In this document: positions 9,192 through 18,942 of the stretch, in pieces
How the letters are laid out: each line of letters starts with the position of its first letter
Numbering within the stretch: the stretch's first letter is position 1
NCBI GenBank assembly: GCA_043814095.1
Contig: JBDRKI010000054.1
Coordinates: forward strand, 14,666-78,665
DNA length: 64,000 nt
Reading direction: 5' to 3'
Origin: Armatimonadota bacterium
GTDB taxonomy: Bacteria > Vulcanimicrobiota > JACPDS01 > JBDRKI01
Translations under genes and position numbers: made by a program
The notes under the pieces: model-generated
What the model was told of the DNA's origin: nothing
The model's input: the letters and a program-made list of their open reading frames with translations, nothing else
Databases searched by the model: none

Positions 9192-10433
9192 TTACGCTTT
9201 TGGTTTTATAACGGCAAAAGCGCAGTTTTCCATGTCAATGTACTTATCCGCGATCTCGCGTATATGCCTCGGCGTGATCTTATTCACGGCCGCAGAAAAC
9301 TCACAAGAGTAATTAAAACCCCTCCCTACCAGTTCATGGTAGGCGTAATCCGACGCCTTACTGGCCTTTCTCTGCTCCTGAATACTTTTAAGACCCAGCA
9401 GGTATCTTTTGTAAGTTTCAAGTTCCTTATTTGTTAATTCTTTGTATTTTAATTTATTTAACTCCTGAATAAGAATTGATTCGGCAAGCTCAAGCTTATC
9501 GGGGCTTGTTCCCAGAAAAACTTTAAAAACTCCCGTATCCAGATACGCTTCATAATCGGCATCCACCATATACGCAAGCCCGTAATTGTCCCTGAGCTCT
9601 ATAAAAAGCCTTGAGCTCATGCCGGACAAAAGATGCTCCAGAACTTCAAATGCCGGATAATCATCGCTGTTTATGTCCGGCGCGAAAAATCCCAGGCACA
9701 TAACAACCTGCTTTTTATCCCTTTCAATAATGACCTGCCTCTTGCCTATCGGAAGTTCGGCGAACGGTGATGCCGGCCTTTCCACGTTTCTTAATTTTGT
9801 CATTTTTAATTTCTCAACTATATGCTCTTCAACATACTCAGTCTTAAAATCGCCCACTATACTTATAACAAGGTTGTCGGGGCTGTAAAAATTTTTATGC
9901 CAGTTAACCAGGTTTCTCCTGTTAATTCTGGCAACCGATTCAAATGAACCCGAGATAAGCATGCTGTAGGGATGGTTCTGGAATAAGGCTTTATCGCATT
10001 CATCTTTGCAGAATTCGGTAACGTTATCCATGCTGTTGTATATATTCGCCAGAATAATTTTGCGCGTTTTCTCTATCTCGTCCTGCTTAAAGGCGGGAGA
10101 CGCGACAACATCAAGAAATATATCAAATCCTTCAATAAAATTTCTTGACAGAATATTCATTGAAAGCCCCATGGAATCTTTACTGGTAAACGGCTCTATG
10201 TCCGCGCCTAAAAACTCCAGGTCTTTTGAAAGTTTTATATTGTTTCTTCCGTTTGTGCCCTTAAGCAGCATTTCCTGGCAGAAATGCGACACCCCCGCGT
10301 TATTAAAAGTCTCGTATCTTGTACCGCCGTTAGCGTACAAAGAAACCGAAATAATCGGGGAAGAATGATCTTCCGTTAAAATCAGCCTTATGCCGTTCGG
10401 GAGCTTGCGTTTTTTAACAACTGTTTTCTGCAT
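9192..10433 (-). CDS. M16 (pitrilysin/MPP-like) peptidase, probably the non-catalytic subunit
   Basis: LPNGIRLIL start; HxxEH is degenerate (HFCQEM); SSRLFIELRDNYGLAY. Confidence 0.85.
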   Translation of the reverse strand: MQKTVVKKRKLPNGIRLILTEDHSSPIISVSLYANGGTRYETFNNAGVSHFCQEMLLKGTNGRNNIKLSKDLEFLGADIEPFTSKDSMGLSMNILSRNFIEGFDIFLDVVASPAFKQDEIEKTRKIILANIYNSMDNVTEFCKDECDKALFQNHPYSMLISGSFESVARINRRNLVNWHKNFYSPDNLVISIVGDFKTEYVEEHIVEKLKMTKLRNVERPASPFAELPIGKRQVIIERDKKQVVMCLGFFAPDINSDDYPAFEVLEHLLSGMSSRLFIELRDNYGLAYMVDADYEAYLDTGVFKVFLGTSPDKLELAESILIQELNKLKYKELTNKELETYKRYLLGLKSIQEQRKASKASDYAYHELVGRGFNYSCEFSAAVNKITPRHIREIADKYIDMENCAFAVIKPKA

Positions 10434-10455
10434 TTACAAACCCTTAATGTTTTTT

Positions 10456-11715
10456 TTACTTGGGCAGATATACCGCGACAGAGCAGTTCTCCCTGTTCAG
10501 GTAATCCTGAGCCACTTTGCGCATGTCTTTTGCTTCTACTTCCAGCATTCTTTTCGGGAACTCCTCGGAAAGCATACAGTCGCCGGCTATCTCGTAATAA
10601 CCTATGTTCTCGGACTGCTCCTCAACCGCTTCCTGGGAAAAAATATAGTCGCTTAAAAAAAGATTCTTGGCTTTCTTTAATTCCTGGTTCGGTATAAGCT
10701 TATATTTTACTTTATCAATTTCTTTAAATATTTCTTCTACGGCTTTTTTAACGTCTTCTTTATCAAGGTTGGCTTCTATTAAAAAGAGCCCCGGATAATT
10801 ACCCGATAAAATCCCGGTATAAATATAGTTAACAAGCATCTTTTTTTCTTTCAGAACCACATTAAGGCGCGAGCTTAATCCTTCCCCCATGGCGACAGCG
10901 AGAAGGTCAAGAGCGTATATGTCCCTGTGCAGGAGGGTGGGTATATGGAACGCCATCATAAGGTAAGCTTTTTTAACGTCCCCTGTATATTCTTTGTACC
11001 TGAATCCTGCCTGGCGGGGTTCGTCGGCGTCAAATAAGTTTACCGATAACGGAACATTTTTAAGCCCCCCGTATAAATTGGTTACTGATTTTATAACTTC
11101 TTCGCTTTTTATGTCCCCCACTGCCGTTATTACTATGTTATTCGGAACATATTTTTCCGTATAATATTTTTTTAAAGTGTTTTTATCTATCTTGTTCAGA
11201 ATATCTTCGTATCCCAGTATTGAATGCCTTAAAGGATGTTTTTTATACGCTTCTTCCAGCAGCTTGTCAAACAGGAAATTAGAGGGCGAATCCATGCCCA
11301 TTTTTATCTCTTCTAAAATAACTTTTCTTTCTTTTTCTATGTCGTAATCATCAAAAATGGGATTTAAGACCGCGTCTGTCTGTATGTCCAGGGCCACGTC
11401 AAAATACTTGCTCGGGACAACAACCCAGTAGTTGGTAAACGTATAAGAAGTTGATCCGTTAAGATAGCCGCCCAGGGCGTTTATCTGGCGCGATATCTCG
11501 CCAAGCCCTCTTTTGGGAGTTCTTTTAAAAAGCATATGTTCTACAAAATGGGAAATCCCCTTAAGATCTTCCGGCTCGTCAATTGAACCTGATCTTATCC
11601 ATACCCCGAAACAGGCAACCTTGGCCGGATATATTTCTTTTGTGATAATTGTTACCCCGTTGGGCAGCTGCATCCTTATAATATCCGATGTCAGGTAAGC
11701 TTTTTCTAAAAACAT
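10456..11715 (-). CDS. M16 zinc peptidase, catalytic subunit
   Basis: GISHFVEHMLF (HxxEH), LNGST, ERKVILEE and SSRL. Confidence 0.9.
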   Translation of the reverse strand: MFLEKAYLTSDIIRMQLPNGVTIITKEIYPAKVACFGVWIRSGSIDEPEDLKGISHFVEHMLFKRTPKRGLGEISRQINALGGYLNGSTSYTFTNYWVVVPSKYFDVALDIQTDAVLNPIFDDYDIEKERKVILEEIKMGMDSPSNFLFDKLLEEAYKKHPLRHSILGYEDILNKIDKNTLKKYYTEKYVPNNIVITAVGDIKSEEVIKSVTNLYGGLKNVPLSVNLFDADEPRQAGFRYKEYTGDVKKAYLMMAFHIPTLLHRDIYALDLLAVAMGEGLSSRLNVVLKEKKMLVNYIYTGILSGNYPGLFLIEANLDKEDVKKAVEEIFKEIDKVKYKLIPNQELKKAKNLFLSDYIFSQEAVEEQSENIGYYEIAGDCMLSEEFPKRMLEVEAKDMRKVAQDYLNRENCSVAVYLPK

Positions 11716-11749
11716 GTTTTTTCCTTGGATCTTTATTTTAAAATAATCT

Positions 11750-11824
11750 TTTCTTGTTTGTTGTATTTATTCCTTTTATTATGTATACATTTAAATAAAA
11801 GGATAATAGTTATTCTGATAGAAT
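11750..11824. promoter_or_regulatory. Divergent pair of sigma-H-like promoters
   Basis: AGGA-N17-GAAA on minus (11774-11750) and AGGA-N17-GAAT on plus (11800-11824). Confidence 0.65.
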
Positions 11825-11835
11825 TTTTTATTATT

Positions 11836-12903
11836 ATGCTCTCTACTATTAAAACATATATAAATAAACTATTCAACAGGGAATATATACGTAAATTTAA
11901 AAGTATTTTTGTTAAAAGATTCATATTCTTTTATATTATTTTTATTATTTTACTTATTTATTTAATTTCTTTAAGTCTGAATTACATAAAAAGCTTTAAT
12001 TTTGAAGCAGGAAAAGAAAGATATATACTACTCTTTAACAAAGTGCCCAGTTCAATATTAATATTAAACGACAAAAACCCCGCGCCAAGATATGTATTTA
12101 CAAACTCCCCCGGTGTTATAATTAATAATTCCTTCTCCGGCAAAACTTATTTTCTCTCTGAAGACGGGCATATATATTCCATTGACCTTAAAAATGAAAG
12201 ATTCCCGTCAACTTACATGCTGAATTTCAACCCCGCCAGTGGTGTTTTCACTTCCCCGGCGACTTTATATATATCAAATAAAAATGAACCCTTTATATAC
12301 CATTATTCCATGCTTAAAAGAAAAGTCATAGACCGGCTTAAATTTAAAAATTCCCAGTCTTATTTCGCTACCGATCAAAATAATAAAAAAGTTGTATCTT
12401 ATGAAGAAAAAGATAAAAGTTTAAATATTGTTAATGTACGCTATAACGAATTTATAAAAAACATACCTTTGAATAAGGATATTATAAAAATGCTGCCGTC
12501 CGGTTATTCTCAAAAGTTATACATTTTAACTCCCGGCAGCGGTTTTATAATCTTCAACATAGACTCTATGGCTGTTGAAAAGAAGTTTAATATAGGAACA
12601 AACATTGTTGACTTTGACACAGGTAAAGGCAGGCAGTCCGGTGATCTGATATTCGCAATAGATAAAAGCGAGAATAAATTATATATTTTAAAATCTAATA
12701 AAATCATTAAAGAACACATACTGGGCAAACAAAATCCATCCCTTATATCATTAAGCCCCGAAGGATACTGCGTTTATATATATTACGGCGGGACAAATGA
12801 AGTAGAAAAGATTAACCTGAAAAATTCAAGAGTGTTAAAAACTTACAAGCTTAATCCCATAAAGCCTTCACAGCTTATGGTTCTTCCGGCGGATGAAAAT
12901 TAA
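11836..12903 (+). CDS. Membrane-anchored YVTN/beta-propeller-like protein
   Basis: N-terminal TM, then blade-like repeats (e.g. ISLSPEGYCVYIYYGGTNEVEKINL); ATG 11836 preferred over the upstream TTG because the promoter motif lies at 11800. Confidence 0.55.
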   Translation: MLSTIKTYINKLFNREYIRKFKSIFVKRFIFFYIIFIILLIYLISLSLNYIKSFNFEAGKERYILLFNKVPSSILILNDKNPAPRYVFTNSPGVIINNSFSGKTYFLSEDGHIYSIDLKNERFPSTYMLNFNPASGVFTSPATLYISNKNEPFIYHYSMLKRKVIDRLKFKNSQSYFATDQNNKKVVSYEEKDKSLNIVNVRYNEFIKNIPLNKDIIKMLPSGYSQKLYILTPGSGFIIFNIDSMAVEKKFNIGTNIVDFDTGKGRQSGDLIFAIDKSENKLYILKSNKIIKEHILGKQNPSLISLSPEGYCVYIYYGGTNEVEKINLKNSRVLKTYKLNPIKPSQLMVLPADEN

Positions 12904-14021
12904 TAAACATTCTGCCAGGTTACTGCCTCAACCGAACCGGTTGAACTGCTCCCCAATAAACTTGCAAGATTGGCATCGTAAATTACCTGCGCGGTACCTC
13001 CGGTAGTCACTATAAATCCTATAGCCGCCCCGTGAAGGTCGCTCGTCCCCCTGAAATCAACAGTTGCGCTGGGAAGATAAACTCCGAAAAAAGAGTTTGA
13101 TCCTCCTTGTATATTAGCCGCAACACAGCCTGTTGTGCCGTAAAAAATACACTGGGTAGCGTCCTGAGAAGTATTTGATACGCTCAGTCCTGTTAATTTT
13201 AAATTCCCGTTAACGTATATATAAACAGGGCCTGAAGCTATGGCAATTTTTCCCTTGCTCTGTAAATCAATACTTGTAAACGAATAAGTGCCTGCGGTAA
13301 GCGTTACCGTGTCTCCCTCGCTCCCGCCGCCGGATAACGATATAGAACCGTATTTGCCGGGCGAAAGAGTGCATGTTGTAGAAATATTTTCGCCGCTCGG
13401 TGAGGAAGCCAGAGGATCTTCAACTAAAGGTTTTGCTTCTCCCGCGTTGGTTTTTGTTTCACCCGTGACGGTTGAAGAACCGTCTACCGTTAAAGAAGTC
13501 GTGTTCGTGCCTATATCGCCTACGACATCGCTGGTACCGCCTATAGATATGCTGTTATACCCGAAAAGAGCGTAATTCCACGGAGGGGTTAAACTGGAGA
13601 TATCTGTCTTTATCATCGCGCCTATTCTGTTTATTCTGCCGCCGCACTTGCCGGTGCCGATTACATAAGCGCATCCGGCCGGAACAACCACGCCGTCTGC
13701 TCTTGTAACAGCCGCTGAACCAAGCAAGTTATTGGTAGAATCATAAGCGCCTGTCCCGAATGTAATTGTGTATGTGGCACTGACCTCGGATAAAGCCGCA
13801 TTATTAAAACCTGTAGTCCATGCGGGGTTTGAATTTAAACTATCCATAGCATTTGCGATGCCCGCTTTTGCCGCATAGCCGGCAATTACGGTATCCCTGT
13901 AGCCGCTTACGGTTCTTAAGTTAAATATACCTATTGAGCCTACTGATACGGCAATTACGATTAAGATTAACAGTATAAGAAGGCCTACAACAAGAGCTAT
14001 GCCTTTTTGATTCTTTTTCAT
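12900..14021 (-). CDS. PilX-like type IV minor pilin with large C-terminal beta-rich domain, paralog 2
   Basis: Class III signal KKNQKG|IALVV lacking Glu5; AGYAAKAGIANA PilX motif. Confidence 0.75.
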   Translation of the reverse strand: MKKNQKGIALVVGLLILLILIVIAVSVGSIGIFNLRTVSGYRDTVIAGYAAKAGIANAMDSLNSNPAWTTGFNNAALSEVSATYTITFGTGAYDSTNNLLGSAAVTRADGVVVPAGCAYVIGTGKCGGRINRIGAMIKTDISSLTPPWNYALFGYNSISIGGTSDVVGDIGTNTTSLTVDGSSTVTGETKTNAGEAKPLVEDPLASSPSGENISTTCTLSPGKYGSISLSGGGSEGDTVTLTAGTYSFTSIDLQSKGKIAIASGPVYIYVNGNLKLTGLSVSNTSQDATQCIFYGTTGCVAANIQGGSNSFFGVYLPSATVDFRGTSDLHGAAIGFIVTTGGTAQVIYDANLASLLGSSSTGSVEAVTWQNVY

Positions 14022-14037
14022 AAATTATCCTTCTGTC

Positions 14038-15165
14038 CTAATATATATTCTGCCAGGTTATTACATCAAGATAACTGCTGCCGCCGCTTACTAAAGTAGC
14101 AAGATTGGAATCATAAATTATCTGAGCGGTACCGCCGGCCGCCGCGGTCTGGCCTACGGCAGATCCGTGAAGGTCGCTCGTCCCCCTGAAATCAACAGCA
14201 GCGCCGGGCGTGTAAATTCCGAAATATGCGTCCGCTCCTCCGCGGACATCTACCGAGGTGCAGCTGGTCGTGCCGTAAAACAGGCACTGTGTGGCGTCAT
14301 GAGATGTGTTTGTCACGCTCTGACCGGTTAATTTTAAATCGCCGTTAACGTATATATAAACAGGGCCTGAAGCTATTGCAATTTTTCCCTTGCTCTGTAA
14401 ATCAATACTTGTAAACGAATATGTGCCGGCGCTGAGTGTTACTGTTTTACCGGAAGAACCGCCGCCTGATAAAGATATTGAACCGTACTTTCCGGGAGGA
14501 ATACTGCAGGTACTGGTAACATCTCCTCCGCTTGGAGAAGAAGCCAAAGGATCTGTAACCGCGGGCTGGGCTTGATCCGCATTTGTATCCGTGCCGCCGC
14601 TTACCGTAGAAGCTCCGCCGACGCTTAAAGAAGTGGTATTTGTCCCTATATCGCCGACGACATCGCATGTGCCGCCGACAGAAACGCTGTTATACCCGAA
14701 AAGAGCGTAAAGCCAGGGAATACCGCCGCCGCTCGAGTTCATAGACATAACCGCGACCCTGCGAACAACCCCGTTGCAGTCGCCCGTACCTATTATATAA
14801 GCATGGGCGGCCGGAACGGTTATTCCGTCACTTCTTGTAACGGATGTTGAGCCGTTTAAATTGTTTGTGGAATCATATACCCCTGAACCGAAAGAGACGC
14901 TGTAAGTCGCGTTAGCGCTGGACAGAGAAACACTGCTGAAACCGGTTGTCCACGAAGAGTCCGAATGCATAGCGTCTAATGCCTGAGCTATCCCTGCTTT
15001 CGCGGCGTAATAAGCAACCGTAGAATCCCTGTGGTAGCTTACCGCTTTTAAATTGTATACGCCTATAGATCCTATTGATACAACAAGAACAACTAAAATC
15101 AATAGGAGCAGTAATGTAACCGCCAGCGCGATACCTTTCTGTTTTCTTCTTTTATACTTTTCCAT
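14038..15165 (-). CDS. PilX-like type IV minor pilin, paralog 1
   Basis: RRKQKG|IALAV; AYYAAKAGIAQA; collinear with 12900..14021. Confidence 0.75.
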   Translation of the reverse strand: MEKYKRRKQKGIALAVTLLLLLILVVLVVSIGSIGVYNLKAVSYHRDSTVAYYAAKAGIAQALDAMHSDSSWTTGFSSVSLSSANATYSVSFGSGVYDSTNNLNGSTSVTRSDGITVPAAHAYIIGTGDCNGVVRRVAVMSMNSSGGGIPWLYALFGYNSVSVGGTCDVVGDIGTNTTSLSVGGASTVSGGTDTNADQAQPAVTDPLASSPSGGDVTSTCSIPPGKYGSISLSGGGSSGKTVTLSAGTYSFTSIDLQSKGKIAIASGPVYIYVNGDLKLTGQSVTNTSHDATQCLFYGTTSCTSVDVRGGADAYFGIYTPGAAVDFRGTSDLHGSAVGQTAAAGGTAQIIYDSNLATLVSGGSSYLDVITWQNIY

Positions 15166-15220
15166 AACAGCATATTCTTTCTAAAAACATATAAAATAAA
15201 GTTAAAGATTGAGAACATAT

Positions 15221-15886
15221 TTAATTAAGCACATCAACACTGCTTACCGTAGTCATGGTGTTTTCTTTGCCGATTGATTCGTCTTCGGCCGTAACACTTA
15301 TATAAACCGGGTTGTCTGACGGAGTTCCATAACTTTTGATTGAACCATCCATCCAGTATAAATCAAAATCGCTTATATCATTAGCTATAACTTTATGAGA
15401 TAAACCCGACCCGCCTCCGGTTGCAAAATAGCTTGTAGTGTAAGTGGAAGAACTGTATGGAGCGCTCGCCGGGGTAACCGCTATTTCTTTTCTGTATATC
15501 ATGTTTTTAGCGGGGTTTTCCGGGTCCGCATACATATAATAACATATAAACTTCTGCCAGTAAGGCTGGCCTTCATATCCTGAGGTAGAATTATATTCTA
15601 CGGTATTATCGGTTTTCCTGGGAGACATAAACACAACGCCTTTAGGTGATGAACTGTAAAGAATAACCGAGTCCAGACTGGATTCAAAAAGCTCCCTGGA
15701 AAGCTGGTTAATGGCGTTAAGGGATGCCTGCTGGACCCATATATTTGATTTCGTGACATGGTAATATTTAATTGACGCGTTAAACACCATGTAAATGCCG
15801 GTAAACACAAGACCGAATAAAGCCGCGTACACCAGCATCTCAACAATAGTCGCGCCTTTTCTTTTTTTATTCTTCTCTTGCAACAT
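15221..15886 (-). CDS. PilW-like type IV minor pilin
   Basis: KKRKG|ATIVEMLV prepilin signal with Glu5; LSREL motif. Confidence 0.75.
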   Translation of the reverse strand: MLQEKNKKRKGATIVEMLVYAALFGLVFTGIYMVFNASIKYYHVTKSNIWVQQASLNAINQLSRELFESSLDSVILYSSSPKGVVFMSPRKTDNTVEYNSTSGYEGQPYWQKFICYYMYADPENPAKNMIYRKEIAVTPASAPYSSSTYTTSYFATGGGSGLSHKVIANDISDFDLYWMDGSIKSYGTPSDNPVYISVTAEDESIGKENTMTTVSSVDVLN

Positions 15887-16283
15887 CCGTCTCAATTTTC
15901 ACATACCTCTCGGGCCTGCTTGTCACGTAAACAATGACCACTATATTTTTTGTGGTAGCGGATACTACCGCCGCCTGAGTGTCAGGAGTAAAAGTAACGC
16001 TGTAAGTAAACTCTGTCGTGGTATTCGCGTCATTCACTATGCTTGTTAAAGTAGCTGTCCCTGAAGCTAAGCTCAAGCCGTAATCGTCAAAATCATTATA
16101 TATCGCCTGCTCCATCTTCTGCTGTGCCACGTGCGTCGCGAATAACATATCCTTGCCGTGCTTTACGCTTTTCATGCTAACGGGAAATACACCTAAAATC
16201 ATAAGGAAACCCACTGCCAGAATGGCAAGAGCTATCATAAGTTCAATTAAAGACGCTCCCTTTTTATTTTCATTCTTTCCCAT
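15867..16283 (-). CDS. PilV-like type IV minor pilin
   Basis: NKKG|ASLIELMIALAILAVG prepilin signal; AQQKME motif. Confidence 0.8.
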   Translation of the reverse strand: MGKNENKKGASLIELMIALAILAVGFLMILGVFPVSMKSVKHGKDMLFATHVAQQKMEQAIYNDFDDYGLSLASGTATLTSIVNDANTTTEFTYSVTFTPDTQAAVVSATTKNIVVIVYVTSRPERYVKIETDVAREE

Positions 16284-16296
16284 CTTAACTTTTTAT

Positions 16297-16411
16297 ATTG
16301 CACTTCCGCAATAATTTTCCTTTAAAAATATATTATAAAAATTCTTAAAATTAAAAATACTGTAAAATAAATAAATTTTTCCCTGCAGGAAAGTCGGCTG
16401 GAAATTAGAAT
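16297..16411. promoter_or_regulatory. Divergent sigma-H-like promoters
   Basis: AGGA-N17-GAAT on plus (16387-16411); AGGA-N17-CAAT variant on minus (16321-16297). Confidence 0.55.
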
Positions 16412-16420
16412 TTTCAGGTT

Positions 16421-18304
16421 ATGAGCTATAAACTGCGTATCGGTTCAATTGTAAAAGACAGATATGTTATAAAAGATATAATCTCCAGTGCCGAAATAGC
16501 TTCCGTTTACCTGGCTTACGATAAAAAGGTAACGGCAAAATTATGGATACTGAAAGAATTTACATTTGCCGAAGAACTCTCCGAAGAAGATATAAAAAAA
16601 CGCAGAGAGAAAATAGCCGAGGCAGTGGAAGCCCTGCGGATATATGAACATAAAAATCTGGCCAATATTCTTGATTATTTTGTATTCCACCAGAAAGATT
16701 ACATAGTAATGGAATACCTGGAAGGCCGTACTTTAGAAGAACTGTCTCAAAAAACTCTGGAATACTTCCCTGAAGAACAAATAGTAAAATGGGCATGCCA
16801 GATATGCGACGGCTTAGAATACTTAAATAACCGTCCAGTCCCGTATGTATTCGGCATTCTTGACCCATCAAGAATAATAGTTGAAAACAACGGTAATGTT
16901 AGGCTCTTAAACTACGGATTAAGCCGGCTTTTCGGGATAATAGAACCTGTTATCTTTTCCAAAGATACCGTTTACTTTTCTAAAGAACTTAACTCTTTCG
17001 CGTCCCTTTTAATATTTCTAACTACAAAACAAAAAACAACAGATATATCCGTCCTGGAAAATTATTCGATATCCGACCAAATGAAGAAAGACATAGCACA
17101 ATTTTCAAACCCTAAAGCTTTTATGGTTTATTCCTCATTTATAGACATAAAAATTATTTTAGAAAATCTTATCCCGAAGCCCTTTGTGCCCGATACCGCA
17201 ACCGTTAAGGCAAAGCGGGAGTTTAAAAAAATAAGTGAAAAAATTAAAATCAAACTGGACAACCTGCTTTTTACAGTTTCCGAACAGAAACCTCTCTATA
17301 TAGTGTTTGAAGCCGCCGGAATTATTTTTCTTGCGGTATTTTTATATATAACGCTAAACCCTTCATATAATTACACAAAAAAAAGCGAGACGGTTTACGT
17401 TTTATGCGGCGGCAAAGAGATAGTCTGTATAGACGCGCAGACCAAAAAAATTATTGATAAAATTAAACTGGATTTACCTGTAAATTTTATTAAAAGCGAC
17501 GTGTTAAAGGAAAAACTATACCTATCCGTATCAAACAACACTCACATAAATGAAATACGGCAGATAAACTGTTTAGATAATAAGCCGGATCCGGATATTA
17601 AGATAAAGGTGGATATTGATCCGCAAAACATACTTATAAATTATAAAAAAAACCTTCTGTATGTTTTAAACAGAAAAAGCAACAATATATCCGTAGTTGA
17701 TCTTGGTGAAAATAAAATGACGGGGATCCTGCCCACCGGGAAAAGGCCGTCTGACATAAAGGAAAGTCCGGGGCGGCCGTTCCTTTATGTGGCCAATTCG
17801 GCTTCGGACACAATATCAATATATGATACGGAAAAAAAAGAACAGGTAGACTTGATCCCCGCGTCGGGAATGCCTTACTTTCTTCTGCCGGTCAGAGAAG
17901 AAAAGAAAAATATGCTTTTCGCGGTATGCCGCAAATCCAATGACGTAAATATTTACCAGATTCACTATGATTATCAAAAAAACATGTCGCATAAAATGCT
18001 GGCTTATCTCAATACCGAAGGCGTAAAGCCATCTTCTATTTATCTGGATAAAGAAGGCGCCTTTCTTTACGCGGCAAACAGCGCGAGTAACGATGTATCC
18101 GTAATGGATCTGGCTGACAAAAAAATAAAAACAAAAATTTATGTGGGCAAGACGCCTGTTGACATGCTTTTTATAAAGCCTAATTACTTATGGGTAGTTA
18201 ATAATGAAGGCGGAAATATCGCCATAATTGACACTTTTGCCCATAAAGTCATGGAAAATATTTACGTTGGCAAAAACCCCACATGTATAACTTACGTGCC
18301 TTAA
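16421..18304 (+). CDS. Hanks-type Ser/Thr pseudokinase domain, TM segment and extracellular YVTN beta-propeller
   Basis: Kinase-fold motifs (LKE, YIVMEYLEG, QICDGLEYL) with degenerate catalytic loop and DFG; repeats such as LYVANSASDTISIYD and IYVGKNP. Confidence 0.8.
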   Translation: MSYKLRIGSIVKDRYVIKDIISSAEIASVYLAYDKKVTAKLWILKEFTFAEELSEEDIKKRREKIAEAVEALRIYEHKNLANILDYFVFHQKDYIVMEYLEGRTLEELSQKTLEYFPEEQIVKWACQICDGLEYLNNRPVPYVFGILDPSRIIVENNGNVRLLNYGLSRLFGIIEPVIFSKDTVYFSKELNSFASLLIFLTTKQKTTDISVLENYSISDQMKKDIAQFSNPKAFMVYSSFIDIKIILENLIPKPFVPDTATVKAKREFKKISEKIKIKLDNLLFTVSEQKPLYIVFEAAGIIFLAVFLYITLNPSYNYTKKSETVYVLCGGKEIVCIDAQTKKIIDKIKLDLPVNFIKSDVLKEKLYLSVSNNTHINEIRQINCLDNKPDPDIKIKVDIDPQNILINYKKNLLYVLNRKSNNISVVDLGENKMTGILPTGKRPSDIKESPGRPFLYVANSASDTISIYDTEKKEQVDLIPASGMPYFLLPVREEKKNMLFAVCRKSNDVNIYQIHYDYQKNMSHKMLAYLNTEGVKPSSIYLDKEGAFLYAANSASNDVSVMDLADKKIKTKIYVGKTPVDMLFIKPNYLWVVNNEGGNIAIIDTFAHKVMENIYVGKNPTCITYVP

Positions 18305-18339
18305 AATATTGATAAATCAAGCTTTATTTGCTAAAAGCC

Positions 18340-18367
18340 TTGACAAAACTATTTTTTTAAATACAAT
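18340..18367 (+). promoter_or_regulatory. Sigma70-type promoter
   Basis: TTGACA-N16-TACAAT upstream of 18433. Confidence 0.55.
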
Positions 18368-18432
18368 TAAGAATTAGGACAGTCTTTTTGCAAATAAAGC
18401 TTCAACGTTGTCTCCTAAAAGGAGAGATTTGC

Positions 18433-18870
18433 TTGAATAAAAGCAGTAAAAATCTCAGCAAAGCGGTATATATAATACTCATACTGGCTGTAATAGGGGG
18501 AGCTCTTTTATTTCCTTTAAAATACCAAAAAAACATTAAATCACAAAGCTTTGTAGCCTGTCCTATAAAAGGAACCTGCCTTTATAAATGCCCGAACTCC
18601 TGCGGATGGAAAACTTTTGAAAACAAATCAACCGTACTTCCTCTGGATTCGTCTGTAATGACAAAAGAAAATTCCAAGCTGGGTTTAATTTTATCAAAGG
18701 ATACCTGTATATATGTTACCGAAAACTCCGAAATAAAAGTGCGGCTGCGTCATAAAAGATGCGGGAACGCGTTGATCAACTTATACAAACTGGCAAAAAG
18801 AGATATAACAAACATACTCGGCAGGAAAAATTTTAAACTGACTAATCCCACTGTATTATCAACAATATAA
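18433..18870 (+). CDS. Small membrane-anchored protein, weakly FecR-like
   Basis: TTG start after SD AAGGAG; one TM; SVMTKENSKLGLIL...IYVTENSEIKV resembles the FecR N-region. Confidence 0.45.
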   Translation: MNKSSKNLSKAVYIILILAVIGGALLFPLKYQKNIKSQSFVACPIKGTCLYKCPNSCGWKTFENKSTVLPLDSSVMTKENSKLGLILSKDTCIYVTENSEIKVRLRHKRCGNALINLYKLAKRDITNILGRKNFKLTNPTVLSTI

Positions 18871-18942
18871 AGTCAAAATGGATTAACTAGAAATAGCGGT
18901 CAGGCCTTAAAAAAGCATGGCCTTTTTAATTTGGATTTTATT

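Noticed and set aside
9192-11715. Active plus inactive M16 peptidase pair as a novelty
   Set aside because: Heterodimeric M16B pairs are common in bacteria.
11725-11835. TTG-started extension of the propeller ORF
   Set aside because: It runs across both divergent promoter motifs, so ATG 11836 is more plausible.
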